From the NCBI GenBank assembly GCA_041690595.1, contig JAWLHB010000005.1, positions 186,001 to 250,000 of the forward strand: 64,000 nt of DNA. The letters are read 5' to 3'. Origin of the DNA: Lentisphaeria bacterium. GTDB taxonomy: Bacteria > Verrucomicrobiota > Lentisphaeria > JABSQK01 > JAWLHB01. The notes under the pieces are model-generated. The model was given only the letters and a program-made list of their open reading frames with translations. It had not been told where the DNA came from and searched no databases. This document shows, piece after piece, positions 40,994-52,800 of the stretch. The number at the start of each line of letters is the position of its first letter. Position 1 is the first letter of the stretch. Made by a program: the position numbers and the translations under genes.

Positions 40994-43900
40994 TTACTGG
41001 CCAGTCAGAAGACGATATTCGCCAGGCTGAATGGTCAGTTGCTGCTCGGCTATCCGCAGGCCGGGCAACTCCATCACCTGGCGAATGGTGGTGGTGATCG
41101 GCAACGCGGTGGGGTTGTTCACTGAGGCATGCCAGAGCGCCTCCTGCTCCCCGACAGCATCACGCAGGCAGGTTACCTGGATGAGAAGATCGCTCCCGGC
41201 CGCGTCGGCGATGAGCGGATGGCCGATGCGCATGTGCGTCTGCGGCGACATGCTGGCGAAGACGGGTACATGGACGGCACCAGCAAAGTCCACGCCCAGC
41301 TCCGTCCAACCGGTGTTCTCTTTGGAATAATAGTGGGTGCGGAAGCCGTCGAGCTGATAGAGCCCTGCCGTCCAACCGCGGTTCATGCCGTTCACGCGCA
41401 CCGGCAGATTGACGCTGAACCGTGTCTCCTGAGGCAGCGCGAACTCCACGGCGCCATTCTCCAGCTCCAGCTCGAAGAGACCGCCCCGCCGCTCACCGCG
41501 CGTGCCGCGGAGGAGTTCCATGCCGACGGGTTCGTTCAGCCAGCGCACGACATCTGCCAGTTGCGCAGCCTGCGACAGGCTCTGATCGAGGGGCCAGATC
41601 ATGCTGAACATCTCTTTCCAATAGGTTTCGCCCGGCTGCACCTGCCGTCCCTCGATGTCCGCCCAGAGTCGCAACCAGTAGGCGGTGGGTGGATTGAGTT
41701 CGAGGAAGAGCCTCTCGCCGCGATTGATGAGCAGGGCGGTATTGGTAGGGTCGGAGCTGAAAACGGCAAACCAGCCGCCGGGCTCGATGGTCATGCGGAT
41801 CGGCTTCGCCGGCAGTGTCGTCGCGTCGATGACGTTCTGAATATCCCCGTTGGGTGTACCGCAGGCGACAATCATGGTGTAGTCGGGGCGTCCGCGCCGC
41901 CAGCCGCTCATCCAGGTATGGAGGCGGTTGATGGTCATGGGCTGCTTCCAGGTAAACTCCTCGGTGAAGACGCCGGTGATCGGGCCGCCAAAAAGGCCCG
42001 GGCCACCATACCCCATCGGTTCGACGCCGGTGGTGTACTGGCCGTAGAAGGTGTGGCTGGCCCATAGATCGAAGCGTTCCTCGGGCACCAGAGGGCCGTA
42101 TCCCGTCCAGGCATTGGTCCAGCCGCGAAGAAACTCCGGTTCCAGCCGTCGTCCGCCGATCATGCGGCAGCGCGTCATCCCCTCATCGGAGCTTTCCACG
42201 AGGGGGATCTGGTACGGCATTTCGTGGTAGCGCCCCAGCGATGTCTCCAGCCAGGGATGGGTGAAATGGGGCGTGATCAGGGGCCGCTGCGCCAGGTGGG
42301 CGCCGCCGTCCCAGGAAGCGCCGGCCTGGAAGTCGGGCATGGTCGGTGTCTTCCCCATTGCCGGCCAGTGAGGCCCGTGTGCCAGCAGCATGTGGCCGCA
42401 GTCGTTGACGTGGTCGCTGCAGAAGACTGGGCAGAGGCTCGAGTCCTTATAGGTTCGGTGCGCAAAGGTGGTCGCCTTGCCCCCCTCCAGATCCTCCGCA
42501 ATCAGCACCAGGCTGCGCTGCACGATGCCGGAGAGAAAGAGGGTAGTTGCAAACTCCTTCTCGCCGTGGCAGTCAAAGCGGCGGAATAGCTCCTGGCCGT
42601 TGTAGATGCGGATCTCCTTCAAGCCCTTCTCGCTGGTGACATGAATGGGGATGACGTCCAGCGACCGACCGCTTACAAAGCGTTCGGCGCCAAAGGTGAC
42701 GACCCGCCGCTGCCCAAACCATTGATGAACCAGCGGCCCATCCGAGATGAAGAGGGGCAACCCGTCGTACGAATGCGACCAGCGCAGCGCGCGAGGCAGC
42801 AGGTGGTCGTGGCTGTAGACCGCCGCGCGAGTCAGCGCCTGCGTCTCCGCCGCCTGACGCATCTCCGCCGGCGACTTGACTATGTTGACCACAACCGGGC
42901 TCGGCACCGCGAAGCTCTGGCAGGTGGTCAGGTACTCGTCCGTCATGTCTTCGAGCAGTTGACCGTTCTCATAGGTTCTGACGGCCGCCGCGCTGTACGG
43001 GCGCAGGTCGTACATGCGCATCCCCTTGCCGGAATCCGAGAAACGGTAGAAGCCGACGTTGCCGCTATGGTGCCATTGCAGGAGCCAGTCGAGGGCATAG
43101 TTGCCGCGCGCCCACTCGCCGGCTTCATCCTGATACTGCATGTTGAAGAGCTTGCCATCGGGTCCGGCGAGGAGCCGCTCGTCGGGCCATAGCGGCTTGG
43201 GTCCGTACATGAAGATATGGTTGCCGATATTGGTGACCATCGCATAGCCGGGCAGCAGCAGCAGATCCTCGCCGGAGAGGGCGCTTGTCTCGGCGGTGAG
43301 TTGGGCCAGGCGCTCCTCAGTCAGCTGGGTGAACTCTTCCAGGAAGATCACGAAGTCGATCCCGGCGTCGCGTGCCGCGGCCGCGTACTCGGCCACGGTG
43401 CCGGAGCCGCCGCTGTGGGCGGTTTGGGCGCCGATGATGCCGCGATAGACTTTGCGGGGCGCCGCGGGAGGCTTGAAAGTGAGGGCCGCTTCGCTCTCGT
43501 GAACCGGCTCCTTCCACGGGGTGAAGGCGTCTTCCCGAAGCTGAGTCTCCAGAAGCCGCTGCGGGTCGGTGACGAAGCCACCGAGGGTGCCCTTGCCCAG
43601 ACTCTCGTCGGCCAGCCAGCGATAAGTATTCCGCAGGAGAAGTCCATAGTCGCTACGCCGGTTGCCAAGCCCTTTATCGAGGATTTCGCTCTGATAGAGC
43701 CACTTGCGGCCGGAACCGATCGAAAACTGGTGCCAGGTGTGGGCGGCAGCCAGTCGCCCGCCATTGGGCAGATCGCGGATCGCGAAGAGCGGGGCATGCT
43801 TCAGGGTTTCAGTTGGCATGGGCAAGTCGGGGCGCGGATGTATACCGCCGCGGTCGAAGGATGGCGGCGCGGTAAAGGCCGAATCGCCCATGCGGGCGAC

Positions 43901-44524
43901 AACCTGCCAGCTTTCATCCACGGTTACCGGCATGGTATGCGCGCCAAGGTAGTGCTGACCAAGCGGATACCAGTAGCCGGTGACACCTTCGCTGACTGGA
44001 GTCGGGGCGATCTTGTCCGTGTAGGCTGCCTTGATGTTGGGGAGGTTGGTGAAGGGCAGCGCCATGGGATCGTCGATGACCGCCAAGGGGAACTCCAGCC
44101 CCCACTCCTTCTTCAGAAAGTCATTCGGGATATGGCTCATCCCTGCGTTGGTGATCTGCATCAGCAAGCCGCCGCCGGCCTGCACGAAACGGTGCAGCAC
44201 CTCCATGTAGGCATCGGCAAAGGGTGGCCGCGGAGCATGCAGCCACTGCGCGTCGTGTTCGTCCACCGGCGGAAAGGTGACAATGACCACGACGTTGTAG
44301 GCCTGTACTTTCTCCCAGGTGAGTTGGGCGCTGCCTTCGGTGTAATCCACTTCAAATCCCGCCGCGGCCAGCTCACGGAGATAATCGAAGCCGACGCTCG
44401 CATACCGCATCTCGCCTGGACTGGCGAAGAGTATCGCCGGCTTGGCCTCCTGCGCTTGGGTGAGGGGGATGAGGGAGGTGACCAGGGCAAGTGTCAGCGC
44501 CATCACTGCGCAGCGGTGTCTCAT
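40994..44524 (-). CDS. Large secreted protein of unknown function (paralog 3)
   Basis: Signal peptide ending TQA-Q; same domain order as paralogs 1 and 2. Confidence 0.8.
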   Translation of the reverse strand: MRHRCAVMALTLALVTSLIPLTQAQEAKPAILFASPGEMRYASVGFDYLRELAAAGFEVDYTEGSAQLTWEKVQAYNVVVIVTFPPVDEHDAQWLHAPRPPFADAYMEVLHRFVQAGGGLLMQITNAGMSHIPNDFLKKEWGLEFPLAVIDDPMALPFTNLPNIKAAYTDKIAPTPVSEGVTGYWYPLGQHYLGAHTMPVTVDESWQVVARMGDSAFTAPPSFDRGGIHPRPDLPMPTETLKHAPLFAIRDLPNGGRLAAAHTWHQFSIGSGRKWLYQSEILDKGLGNRRSDYGLLLRNTYRWLADESLGKGTLGGFVTDPQRLLETQLREDAFTPWKEPVHESEAALTFKPPAAPRKVYRGIIGAQTAHSGGSGTVAEYAAAARDAGIDFVIFLEEFTQLTEERLAQLTAETSALSGEDLLLLPGYAMVTNIGNHIFMYGPKPLWPDERLLAGPDGKLFNMQYQDEAGEWARGNYALDWLLQWHHSGNVGFYRFSDSGKGMRMYDLRPYSAAAVRTYENGQLLEDMTDEYLTTCQSFAVPSPVVVNIVKSPAEMRQAAETQALTRAAVYSHDHLLPRALRWSHSYDGLPLFISDGPLVHQWFGQRRVVTFGAERFVSGRSLDVIPIHVTSEKGLKEIRIYNGQELFRRFDCHGEKEFATTLFLSGIVQRSLVLIAEDLEGGKATTFAHRTYKDSSLCPVFCSDHVNDCGHMLLAHGPHWPAMGKTPTMPDFQAGASWDGGAHLAQRPLITPHFTHPWLETSLGRYHEMPYQIPLVESSDEGMTRCRMIGGRRLEPEFLRGWTNAWTGYGPLVPEERFDLWASHTFYGQYTTGVEPMGYGGPGLFGGPITGVFTEEFTWKQPMTINRLHTWMSGWRRGRPDYTMIVACGTPNGDIQNVIDATTLPAKPIRMTIEPGGWFAVFSSDPTNTALLINRGERLFLELNPPTAYWLRLWADIEGRQVQPGETYWKEMFSMIWPLDQSLSQAAQLADVVRWLNEPVGMELLRGTRGERRGGLFELELENGAVEFALPQETRFSVNLPVRVNGMNRGWTAGLYQLDGFRTHYYSKENTGWTELGVDFAGAVHVPVFASMSPQTHMRIGHPLIADAAGSDLLIQVTCLRDAVGEQEALWHASVNNPTALPITTTIRQVMELPGLRIAEQQLTIQPGEYRLLTGQ

Positions 44525-44560
44525 GATGATCCTGCTGGTTCTGGATTCTCGGAATCGTGA

Positions 44561-45355
44561 TCAGGGAAAGGGATACGGGCTGTTGCGGACATACTTCTGG
44601 TAGCTCCAGCCAAGCAGCTTGGTGTGGTACCAGTAGACTCCGTTGGAGTCGTTGGGCGACCAGGGCTTGTCGAAGCTGCTGGTTGTAAAGGCCACCTCGA
44701 CAAAGTTGCTCGGATCCGTCACCCACGTTGCCGAGCCGTCGAAGAGACCCGTATTATAGCCGAGCCCGTGTTTATGGCGCGATGTGCCAAAGGGCGCCTG
44801 GGCATAGCCGAGGGCAGGATCGGAATCGGTGAAACAGATCTCGAAGGTCAGAACCTTGTCTGGATCGGTTTGCCCAAAGCGATGCCACTTCGCGTAGTTG
44901 AAGTTCTCGTTGCTGGAGTAGCTTGAGGTGGCGACCTGATAGCTGGTCTCCGCCCAGCTGGAGCCGAAATTGCTCCAGGCACCCCACCCATAGCGGGTAT
45001 AGCGATCGCCGCTGTCGCGGCCTGGACAGTAGAAGGTATCGGGCTCATTGATGTAACCTTCCCGGACGCAGATGCCGAGTCCGGTTGGTCCGTTGTAGTC
45101 GCCCCGGGCCCACCACGCCACCTTGACGTACTCGCGCCGCCACTCCGAGCGGCCGCTCGGGAGCATCCCGTCAAAGTCCCCGCCATACAAAGCGAGAACG
45201 AGGCCCACCTGCTTCATGTTGTTGAGGCAACTTGCCTTTCGTGCCATATTGCGCGCCTTGCTGAGGGCGGGCAAGAGCATACTGGCGAGAATAGCTATGA
45301 TGGACACGACTACCAGCAACTCGATCAGGGTGAAATTACGGTGCTGTCTGATCAT
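44561..45355 (-). CDS. Prepilin-type N-terminal cleavage/methylation protein with H-X9-DG motif (DUF1559-like)
   Basis: [51 protein letters not shown]. Confidence 0.92.
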   Translation of the reverse strand: MIRQHRNFTLIELLVVVSIIAILASMLLPALSKARNMARKASCLNNMKQVGLVLALYGGDFDGMLPSGRSEWRREYVKVAWWARGDYNGPTGLGICVREGYINEPDTFYCPGRDSGDRYTRYGWGAWSNFGSSWAETSYQVATSSYSSNENFNYAKWHRFGQTDPDKVLTFEICFTDSDPALGYAQAPFGTSRHKHGLGYNTGLFDGSATWVTDPSNFVEVAFTTSSFDKPWSPNDSNGVYWYHTKLLGWSYQKYVRNSPYPFP

Positions 45356-45359
45356 GGTA

Positions 45360-46511
45360 TTATCTCCATTGTGGGGTTATCGATTCGGTGTTCACGACGT
45401 AGTTTCGTTCTGCTTTTTCCGGTAGACAGTCATGAGAAAGCCAATCGGGATGATCAAGTTGCGGCACCGGCACGGAGGCCGGCAGGAAGGTCGGTGCGAG
45501 CAGCTCGCGCAAAGGCTGATCATCCCTGTTGTTCACGGCATTCCAGATACGATCGTGCATGTCGATCGTATCGAACTGAAATCTGTCGATCCATGGGCAG
45601 CTTCCCTTCAGCGTGTCACTGAGCGCAACGACCTTGATGGTATCCGGCTTCTTGTGGTTGCTGCGCAGGAGCCAAATGGCCTTGGCGCCACTCTCCAGCG
45701 CGGGATAAATCAGCCCCGTTTGTGCCGGCAATGCGGCCAGACGCCGTGCCACCAGCCCGGATTCATAATCGGGGGCGGTGGCCAGAAGCATGCGCTCGGC
45801 AGGCCGCGCACCGGCTTCTGCTATCCCCTGAGCAACGCCGATCTCCGTCAGCAGCGACGATGGGGAAGGCCTGGTCCAATGGCCCAGCACGCGCAGTGAG
45901 GTGCACCCCGATTCGAGCAGATACCGAGCTGCCAGTCGCCCGGCTGCCGCGTAGTCGGGCATGAGATATTCCTGATCCGGCGGCTCAATGCGGTAATGCT
46001 CCGTATGGATCACGCGAACACCGGAGTCGGCCACCGCCTGCAGCATGTCGTCGTTGGCAGGCTTCAGCGGTGAACAGAAAGCGAGCAGCGCGTGGCTTTT
46101 CTGCTCGCGCACGCGCTCGAGAAAGCGCCGCTCGATCCGCGGATCCCACTCGGTCTCCTGGTGCAGAAAGATGTTGAGCACATAGCCAAGTTCCAAGGCG
46201 CGGTGCTGCGCGTGCATCACCAGCGCATTGTTCATAATGGCCATGCACGAGACGATGTGCGCACGCTCCCTCCGTGAATGGGGGAGAACGATGGTGCCTG
46301 CGCCCTGCCGGCTCTGGAGCCGATCTTCCTGGACCAGCAGAGAAATGGCCTTGCCTAAAGTTGGGCGACTGACATCGTACTTGCCGCACAATTCGCGACT
46401 TGGCGGCAAGAGACTTCGAGGGGGGAAATGGCAGGTGTCAAGATCCCTCAGCAGCAGCCGATAGGCCTTCTGCACGCGGGGCGACATGCCATGTGTACCG
46501 CTTGCCTTCAT
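45360..46511 (-). CDS. GntR-HTH / LacI-type ligand-binding transcriptional regulator
   Basis: [17 protein letters not shown]...SRQGAGT HTH followed by a PBP1-like domain ([13 protein letters not shown]). Confidence 0.85.
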   Translation of the reverse strand: MKASGTHGMSPRVQKAYRLLLRDLDTCHFPPRSLLPPSRELCGKYDVSRPTLGKAISLLVQEDRLQSRQGAGTIVLPHSRRERAHIVSCMAIMNNALVMHAQHRALELGYVLNIFLHQETEWDPRIERRFLERVREQKSHALLAFCSPLKPANDDMLQAVADSGVRVIHTEHYRIEPPDQEYLMPDYAAAGRLAARYLLESGCTSLRVLGHWTRPSPSSLLTEIGVAQGIAEAGARPAERMLLATAPDYESGLVARRLAALPAQTGLIYPALESGAKAIWLLRSNHKKPDTIKVVALSDTLKGSCPWIDRFQFDTIDMHDRIWNAVNNRDDQPLRELLAPTFLPASVPVPQLDHPDWLSHDCLPEKAERNYVVNTESITPQWR

Positions 46512-46546
46512 ATACTCAGTATAGAGGCACGGCAGCCTTTTTGCAA
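46511..46546 (-). promoter_or_regulatory. Sigma-70-type promoter with overlapping palindrome
   Basis: TTGCAA-N17-TATACT, 6 nt before the ATG; palindrome TATACTCAGTATA at 46511-46523. Confidence 0.65.
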
Positions 46547-46585
46547 GTGCGGCTTTTTACCGATTTTTTACCAATTCCGGACCTA

Positions 46586-47653
46586 TCAGGAAGGCGGTGC
46601 ATCGCGCTGATCGACCAGGCCGAGACCGCGCAGATCGGCAACTTTTCCGGCGCGTTCGGCCTCATAGAGGCGCCAGATCACACGCAGGCTCTGGAGGCTG
46701 TCGCGGGCGCTTGTCAATGGCGGAGTGCCCTTCTGCACGCAGTCGAGGAAATGGCTCATCTGGCAGGCAGTATTCTTGCCGATCGGCGCCTGGAAGATGA
46801 GCTCTTCCGGTTCGGTGCGCTCAGGCTCTCCCGGTTTGTGCAGACCGATGTGCCGATGGAGGATGAGGCTTCCGTTGCGGATGTCGGCTTCGAGCATGCC
46901 TTCGGTGCAGTGCGCATGAAAGGCATAGCCCAAGCGGCTGCCTCGTGCTCCCCAGGTTCCCATGTGATAACCGATGCTGCCATTCTCGAACTTGATCGAG
47001 ACGTCGCTCGTTCCTTCCCAATCCATCCACGGCGTGCCGAAATTGGTTCCCAAGTGTGTACCTTCGACGGGATTGCCGAGATACCAGAGGAGCAGATCGA
47101 TGTAGTGGCAGCCGTGGCTGAAGAGCTGACCGCCGCCAAGGAGACGATGATCCGCTGCCCAAGGCATCCGCTCCTTGTTGACAATGGTCAACTGCTCCGT
47201 CCACAGAGAGACGTGAAAGACGTCACCGTACGTCTTCGCCTGCAGCACTCGCTTCATCTCGACCGCGAGGGCGTTATAGCGCATCACGTAGCCGACCAGC
47301 AGTACAAGGTTCCTTGCCTCCGCCAACTCGATCAATTCGAGGCATTCCGCCTCGCTGTTGGCCAGCGGCTTCTCCATCAAAACATGCTTACCCGCGTTCA
47401 GGCAATCCATGCCGATGGGATGATGCAGGTGATGCGGGAGGCTGAGAAGAACCGCATCCACCTCCGTCAGGATGTCGTGGTAATCCGAGACAACGCGTGC
47501 TTCCGGGAAGAGCTCGCTTGCCCCGGCGGCGCGCTCCGGCACCACGTCCACAAGGGCTGCGATCCGCAGCCGATCGCCAAGATCCTTGAATCCCTGCAGA
47601 TGAGAGCGACTCATCCCGCCACATCCGATCACGGCCAGCTTCATGACTGCCAT
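46586..47653 (-). CDS. Gfo/Idh/MocA family oxidoreductase
   Basis: AVIGCGGM, GKHVLMEKP, GGGQLFSHGCHYID; GAGGAG RBS before ATG 47653. Confidence 0.92.
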   Translation of the reverse strand: MAVMKLAVIGCGGMSRSHLQGFKDLGDRLRIAALVDVVPERAAGASELFPEARVVSDYHDILTEVDAVLLSLPHHLHHPIGMDCLNAGKHVLMEKPLANSEAECLELIELAEARNLVLLVGYVMRYNALAVEMKRVLQAKTYGDVFHVSLWTEQLTIVNKERMPWAADHRLLGGGQLFSHGCHYIDLLLWYLGNPVEGTHLGTNFGTPWMDWEGTSDVSIKFENGSIGYHMGTWGARGSRLGYAFHAHCTEGMLEADIRNGSLILHRHIGLHKPGEPERTEPEELIFQAPIGKNTACQMSHFLDCVQKGTPPLTSARDSLQSLRVIWRLYEAERAGKVADLRGLGLVDQRDAPPS

Positions 47654-47725
47654 AGTCAGCTCCTCAGTAAGGCTGAAGGTTTCCCGGCAGTATACGTCAG
47701 AATCCGAGGATCGCAAGCTGTTCAA

Positions 47726-49654
47726 TCAGTTCGGAACGCTCCGCGGCGTGCCATTGAGCAGGGCCATCAGCCGCTCCCCCTCCAGCGTCTCCTCGGCCTC
47801 GAGTGCATCGGCGATCGCCTGGAGACGTTCTCGGTTTTCCGAGAGCATGTGCATGGCTTCGTCATAGCAGAGATCGATGATCTTCTTCACGGCCAAGTCG
47901 ATCTCGCGGGCGGTCTCTTCGCTGTACTCGCGGCGCTGGGCGAGCTGTTCGCCGAGGAAGATCTCCTGATCGCCGTCACCGAAAGCGACATTCTGGAGGC
48001 TTTCACTCATTCCCCACTGGTTGACCATGCGTCGCGCCAGGCGGGTTGCCTGGTTGAGGTCATCGGCGGCGCCGGTGCTGATGTCGTCGAGCATGATCTG
48101 TTCGCTGGCGCGTCCCCCGAGCATGACCTTGAGCTTGGCGATGAGGTAGCCGCGGGTGAGCGTGTAATGTTCTTCGGGAAGCTGCTGGGTGACGCCGAGG
48201 GCACGTCCACGGGGAATGATGCTCACCTTGCTGACGATATCCGCCTCATGGCAGAGGTGGGCGACGAGGGCGTGGCCCGCTTCGTGCAGGGCAATGGCGG
48301 TCCGCTCGCGGCCCTCCAGCACGATGCCCCCGCGCGACTGTCCCATGAGAATTTTGTCCCGCGCCTCACTGAACTCCGCCATCCCGACCGAGTCCTTGTT
48401 GCCCTTTGCCGCCAGCAGTGCCGCTTCGTTGACGAGGTTCGCCAGGTCGGCGCCCGATCTCCCGGGCATTCCTTTGGCCAGGGACCGCAGATCCACGTCG
48501 TCCAGGAGGGGAACTCTGCGGGTATGCACGGCGAGGATCTGTTCGCGCTCGGACAAGGTTGGCAGATCGACGACGACCTGGCGGTCGAAGCGTCCAGGGC
48601 GGAGCAGTGCCGGATCCAGGACGTCGGGACGATTGCTGGCGGCCATGACCACGATATCATCATTGGGCTCGAAGCCGTCGATCTCGGAGAGCAGCTGGTT
48701 GAGGGTTTGTTCGCGTTCGTCATGGCCACCACCCAGCCCCGCGCCCCGGTGGCGCCCAACGGAATCGAGTTCGTCGAGAAAGATGATGCATGGGGAGTTG
48801 CGTTTGGCGGTGGCAAAGAGATCGCGCACACGAGAGGCGCCAACGCCGACAAACATCTCCATGAAGTCGGAACCGGTGATGCTGAAGAAGGGGACTCCGG
48901 CTTCCCCGGCCACGGCTCGCGCGAGGAGGGTCTTGCCCGTTCCGGGCGGCCCCACCAGGAGAACGCCCTTCGGAACGCGGCAGCCCAGGCGAGTGAAGTC
49001 GCCCGGTCGCGTGAGGAAGGCGATCACTTCTTTTAGACTCTGCTTTGCCTCGCTTACACCGGCCACATCGTCGAATGAGACCGAGGTACGTTCCTTGACG
49101 AAACGTTTGGCTCGGGAGCGGCCGATGGACATCAGCCCGCCGGCACTCTGCCTGGCCCGCCGCGCCGCCATCCACCCAAAGCCGATCAGGATGAGCAGCG
49201 GCAAGAGGGCAAAGGCCAGCAGCCACATCCCCATGCCATCCGATTGCTCTCTGGCAGTGAATTGAACATGATGACGACTGATCTGCTCCAGTAGTTCCTC
49301 ATCGCCAAAGGCGGGCATGACAGTGGTAAACTTCTTCACGCTCTCCATCTCTGGGTCGCTCCTACCGGGAAGCTCCCGTTCAACCTGTACGGCATTGATG
49401 AAGATGCCAGAAAGTTTCTCCCCTTTGGCGGTAATCTCTTCGACGTTGCCCTTCTTCAACTCGTTCTTGAAGGTGGTGTAGGGAATGCCTGGAGGCTGAG
49501 GCATGAACATCGGTCCCCAGAGCAGCGCGGCTATGATCAGTACAAAGACGATCATCCACGGACTCCAGCCGCTTCGCCGGTTGTCACGCTGCAAGTCGTC
49601 GCCAGGCAGATCACTGCCGCGCGGGCTCCCTTCGGGCGGCGGGGGATGTGGCAT
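47726..49654 (-). CDS. ftsH: ATP-dependent zinc metalloprotease FtsH
   Basis: Two TM segments, [25 protein letters not shown]. Confidence 0.95.
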   Translation of the reverse strand: MPHPPPPEGSPRGSDLPGDDLQRDNRRSGWSPWMIVFVLIIAALLWGPMFMPQPPGIPYTTFKNELKKGNVEEITAKGEKLSGIFINAVQVERELPGRSDPEMESVKKFTTVMPAFGDEELLEQISRHHVQFTAREQSDGMGMWLLAFALLPLLILIGFGWMAARRARQSAGGLMSIGRSRAKRFVKERTSVSFDDVAGVSEAKQSLKEVIAFLTRPGDFTRLGCRVPKGVLLVGPPGTGKTLLARAVAGEAGVPFFSITGSDFMEMFVGVGASRVRDLFATAKRNSPCIIFLDELDSVGRHRGAGLGGGHDEREQTLNQLLSEIDGFEPNDDIVVMAASNRPDVLDPALLRPGRFDRQVVVDLPTLSEREQILAVHTRRVPLLDDVDLRSLAKGMPGRSGADLANLVNEAALLAAKGNKDSVGMAEFSEARDKILMGQSRGGIVLEGRERTAIALHEAGHALVAHLCHEADIVSKVSIIPRGRALGVTQQLPEEHYTLTRGYLIAKLKVMLGGRASEQIMLDDISTGAADDLNQATRLARRMVNQWGMSESLQNVAFGDGDQEIFLGEQLAQRREYSEETAREIDLAVKKIIDLCYDEAMHMLSENRERLQAIADALEAEETLEGERLMALLNGTPRSVPN

Positions 49655-49858
49655 GTCTACTCCAATATGTAAAGGCCGGGGGTTTCCAGTCTGCCTGTCA
49701 CCACGTGCGACAGGCCCAAAACCTGACTACACTTAGCAGGTAATCTGCCAACTCTGGTCAGTGCCGGCCTCAACCAGGCAAATGGCCGCCCGGATGATGA
49801 GACAGGCCTTCAACTGTCGCTGAGTTCAGGCACCTGGCCTTACAAACCGTAAAGAAAG

Positions 49859-52800
49859 CTAGCCACGATCGTCGACGTCGGTGACCGTCATGGTCCATGG
49901 CAACGGGGGCGTTTGGGCAGCCGTGGCGGGCCACCAGGCCATGACGCCATCTTCGTCTTCCGCCTGCACGTAGAACTCGAGCAGGCCCGGCCCCATTTCG
50001 TCCCCCGGCAGGATGGCTTGATAGGAGTCGCGGAAACGATGATGCATCGGCACCCCCCACCATTCACCGTCGCGCTCGGTACGGTAAACCAGGGTGACGC
50101 TTTCGATCTCCCGATCCGATCGGACGACGACCCTCTGCTGATAGGGCTCTCCCGCGGCAAGCTGCGAGGCAGGCTTGCATGCCAGAATGCATGATCCAGC
50201 CTCCCGGGCGCCCACGGTGACAGTAACGGGATGAGAACGCGGCCCCTCCCGGTCGCGTGCATCCAGCGCCGCAACCGCATAAGTCCAGGCACCGTCCTCG
50301 GGTCGATCAACAAACATGCGGCATTTGGGCTGCAGGGGCTTGGAATTCACCCGCACCCATTCGCCACCTTCCGCCGGCCGCCGATAGAGGATCAAACCGG
50401 CCACGTCATGCTGCAGTTCCCACGAGAGCCAGACCTCTGTCTGCATGCCGCGCGCCCGGAGTTCACGAGGTGGAGCCGCCACCAGATATCGCTCCAACTC
50501 GCCAATCGTCTCCCAGTATCTGGGCATGGGTTTGACGCAAAGCGTTGCCAGGACGCCCCAATCGCAGCGTGTGGTGAGTTTGCCGACCTGAGCCTCGATG
50601 GCGCCAGCCATGCCTGCGTTCACCAAGCGTTCATAGCATTCGGCGGCCAGCGTCGCGGCCTGTTCCGGGCTTGCCTTGGCACATGCCGCCACCTGCCGGG
50701 GAACATATTCGCCATCGGCCAGCAGAGTGGCAACGGCATCGAAGTGCATCACGAAATCAATGGAGTTAATAAGGTAATCGAGGCGCTCCAGCCGTCCGAT
50801 TCGTTCGCTTGCGACGAAGGTCTCACGCAGGCTGCGCAGGCGTTGCCGAATCTCCTTCAACTGAGCCATCTTTCCTTCGTGTCCAGCCACGCGAACAAGG
50901 TGGTGCAGCGCGAAAAGGAAGGTGTCGATAGCGCGATAGCCGGAACCGACCATGCCCTCGGTCACCAGATTGTAACGCAAGGCATACGCTTCCTCGTGAA
51001 TCTGCCAGAGGCCATGCCTCAGGACGCTTTCCTCCCTTTCGAGGGCCAGCCGTCGAAGCTGCTCGGCGATGGCCGTCATTTCCCTGACTCCGAGGCGGCC
51101 GACGTCCCGCTCATCCCTGGCGGCTGCTTCCGCCCGCAGATGGAAAGCTCCGCCCTGTGGATCTTCGTCGCCGCTGGGGATCTCGGCGAGGACACGGGCT
51201 ACCTCCTCGGCCAGAGGAACGAGGAAGGCCACGGCCTGGCTGTTCAAGTCAAAGGGGAAATGCGGCTGCCAACCTGTCCAATGCATGGCGCTGCATTCGG
51301 CCGTGCCATGCACACCCGTCCATCGTGCGCCGAGACGCTGAAGCGTAGCGAGGATGCCGGCCATCTCCTCCTGGTGTTCCTCACCAAAGGTCCGCCAGGC
51401 GAGGTCCATGTAGAAATGCTCCGGGTCGAGCTCCGGGTCCCAGGCAAAGCGGGCGATGAAGCCATTCTCCTCTTCCACATCCCGGGTGCGCCACTGCAGG
51501 TTCAGGAGCCCCTGGCATCCTTTCGCCAAAGCATCCGGGGCAAGGCGTCCCAGGGATTCGACGTGGGGCTGACGCGTCCAGCAGTCGTTGATGTCGCCTT
51601 CCACCCATGGCATGGCCCACCGCTCACGCCCGGGCGGCAACTGCCCCCATGGGGTGCTGACGTTGGTGCCGAGTGAAGCGTCGATATTTTCATGGCAGGT
51701 GAAGATCACCCCCGGCGGCAGGAGCTTGTCGTAGCCCAGGCAGTAGTCGGCAAAGCGCATCCACCGGTCGCCGCCCCACCCTACCAGCACCAGCCGGAGA
51801 TGCGGCGCATGGTTCTCGAGAAACTCCGCGGCTATCCGGCCGAATTCCCCGAACCGGACCGCTTCCCAGACGCGGTACTCGTTGCCGCAGTGAGCGAAAT
51901 GCGGGCGTCGGGCCTCCAGCAGTTCGGCCGCCGGGCCCGCGGCAGGAGGCTTGCTTCCCGTGCATCCACCGCTCTCATGCTGCCAGAGAGCGAAGTAGGT
52001 CAACTCGGGATTGCGCGCCAGAAACTGGGTCATTCGCGCGCGAAAGCGCGCCTTGACCTGCTCATCGGTCGGATCGGCGCCGTTGGGAGCCTCGAAACCG
52101 GCTGCCACACGAACGCCCCGCTGCTTCGCATAGCCGGTGGCGGCGCGAAAGATCGCCTCGGTCTGCTTGATCTCGGTTATTCTGTCCGGCAGATCGTCGC
52201 CGGCGGGACTCGACCAGATCTCTTCGTCATAACAGCGCCCTACCCCAAAGGAGAATTCGCTGGTCCGCAGGGCCGCCAGTGCACCCCATGGCTTGCTCAG
52301 CGACCCTGGGGTGCGTCCGCCGGCGAGGTACTCGCCATCCACTTCATAGGCGGCGCCGGGTTCATCGTCATACCAGTGCATGAGCAGGAGGTTCATGCGC
52401 TGGCGCGACAACTGGTCGAAAAAGAAACGATAGTCGGAGAGTCCCCAGTCGGTGACGCCGCAGAGGAAGTTATAGTGAAGCATCACGCCGCGGACGGGGA
52501 AGGCCGGTTCGCCGGCCAGTTCGAAATCCTCGGGGATGGAGATGGGGCCACGCAGATCGGGCAGGCAGTCACCGCCGTTGTAGAAACCGACGCCGAGGGT
52601 TTCCAGAAAGGCGTAGACACCATAGAGTACGCCGACGGGGGAGGCGCCGGCGATCACCAGATGATGGTCATTGCCACGGACCTTGACACTGATCCGATAA
52701 CCCTGGTCGGACAGGCGGCTGTCCTGATCCAGCTCGATCGCCACCCCCTTCGTGACCTTGCCGACGAGGGGGCTTTCCTGCCCCGTCAGCAGAAAGAGGT

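Noticed and set aside
47726..49654. FtsH as a functional part of the carbohydrate locus
   Set aside because: Its motifs are ordinary and co-orientation alone does not show a link
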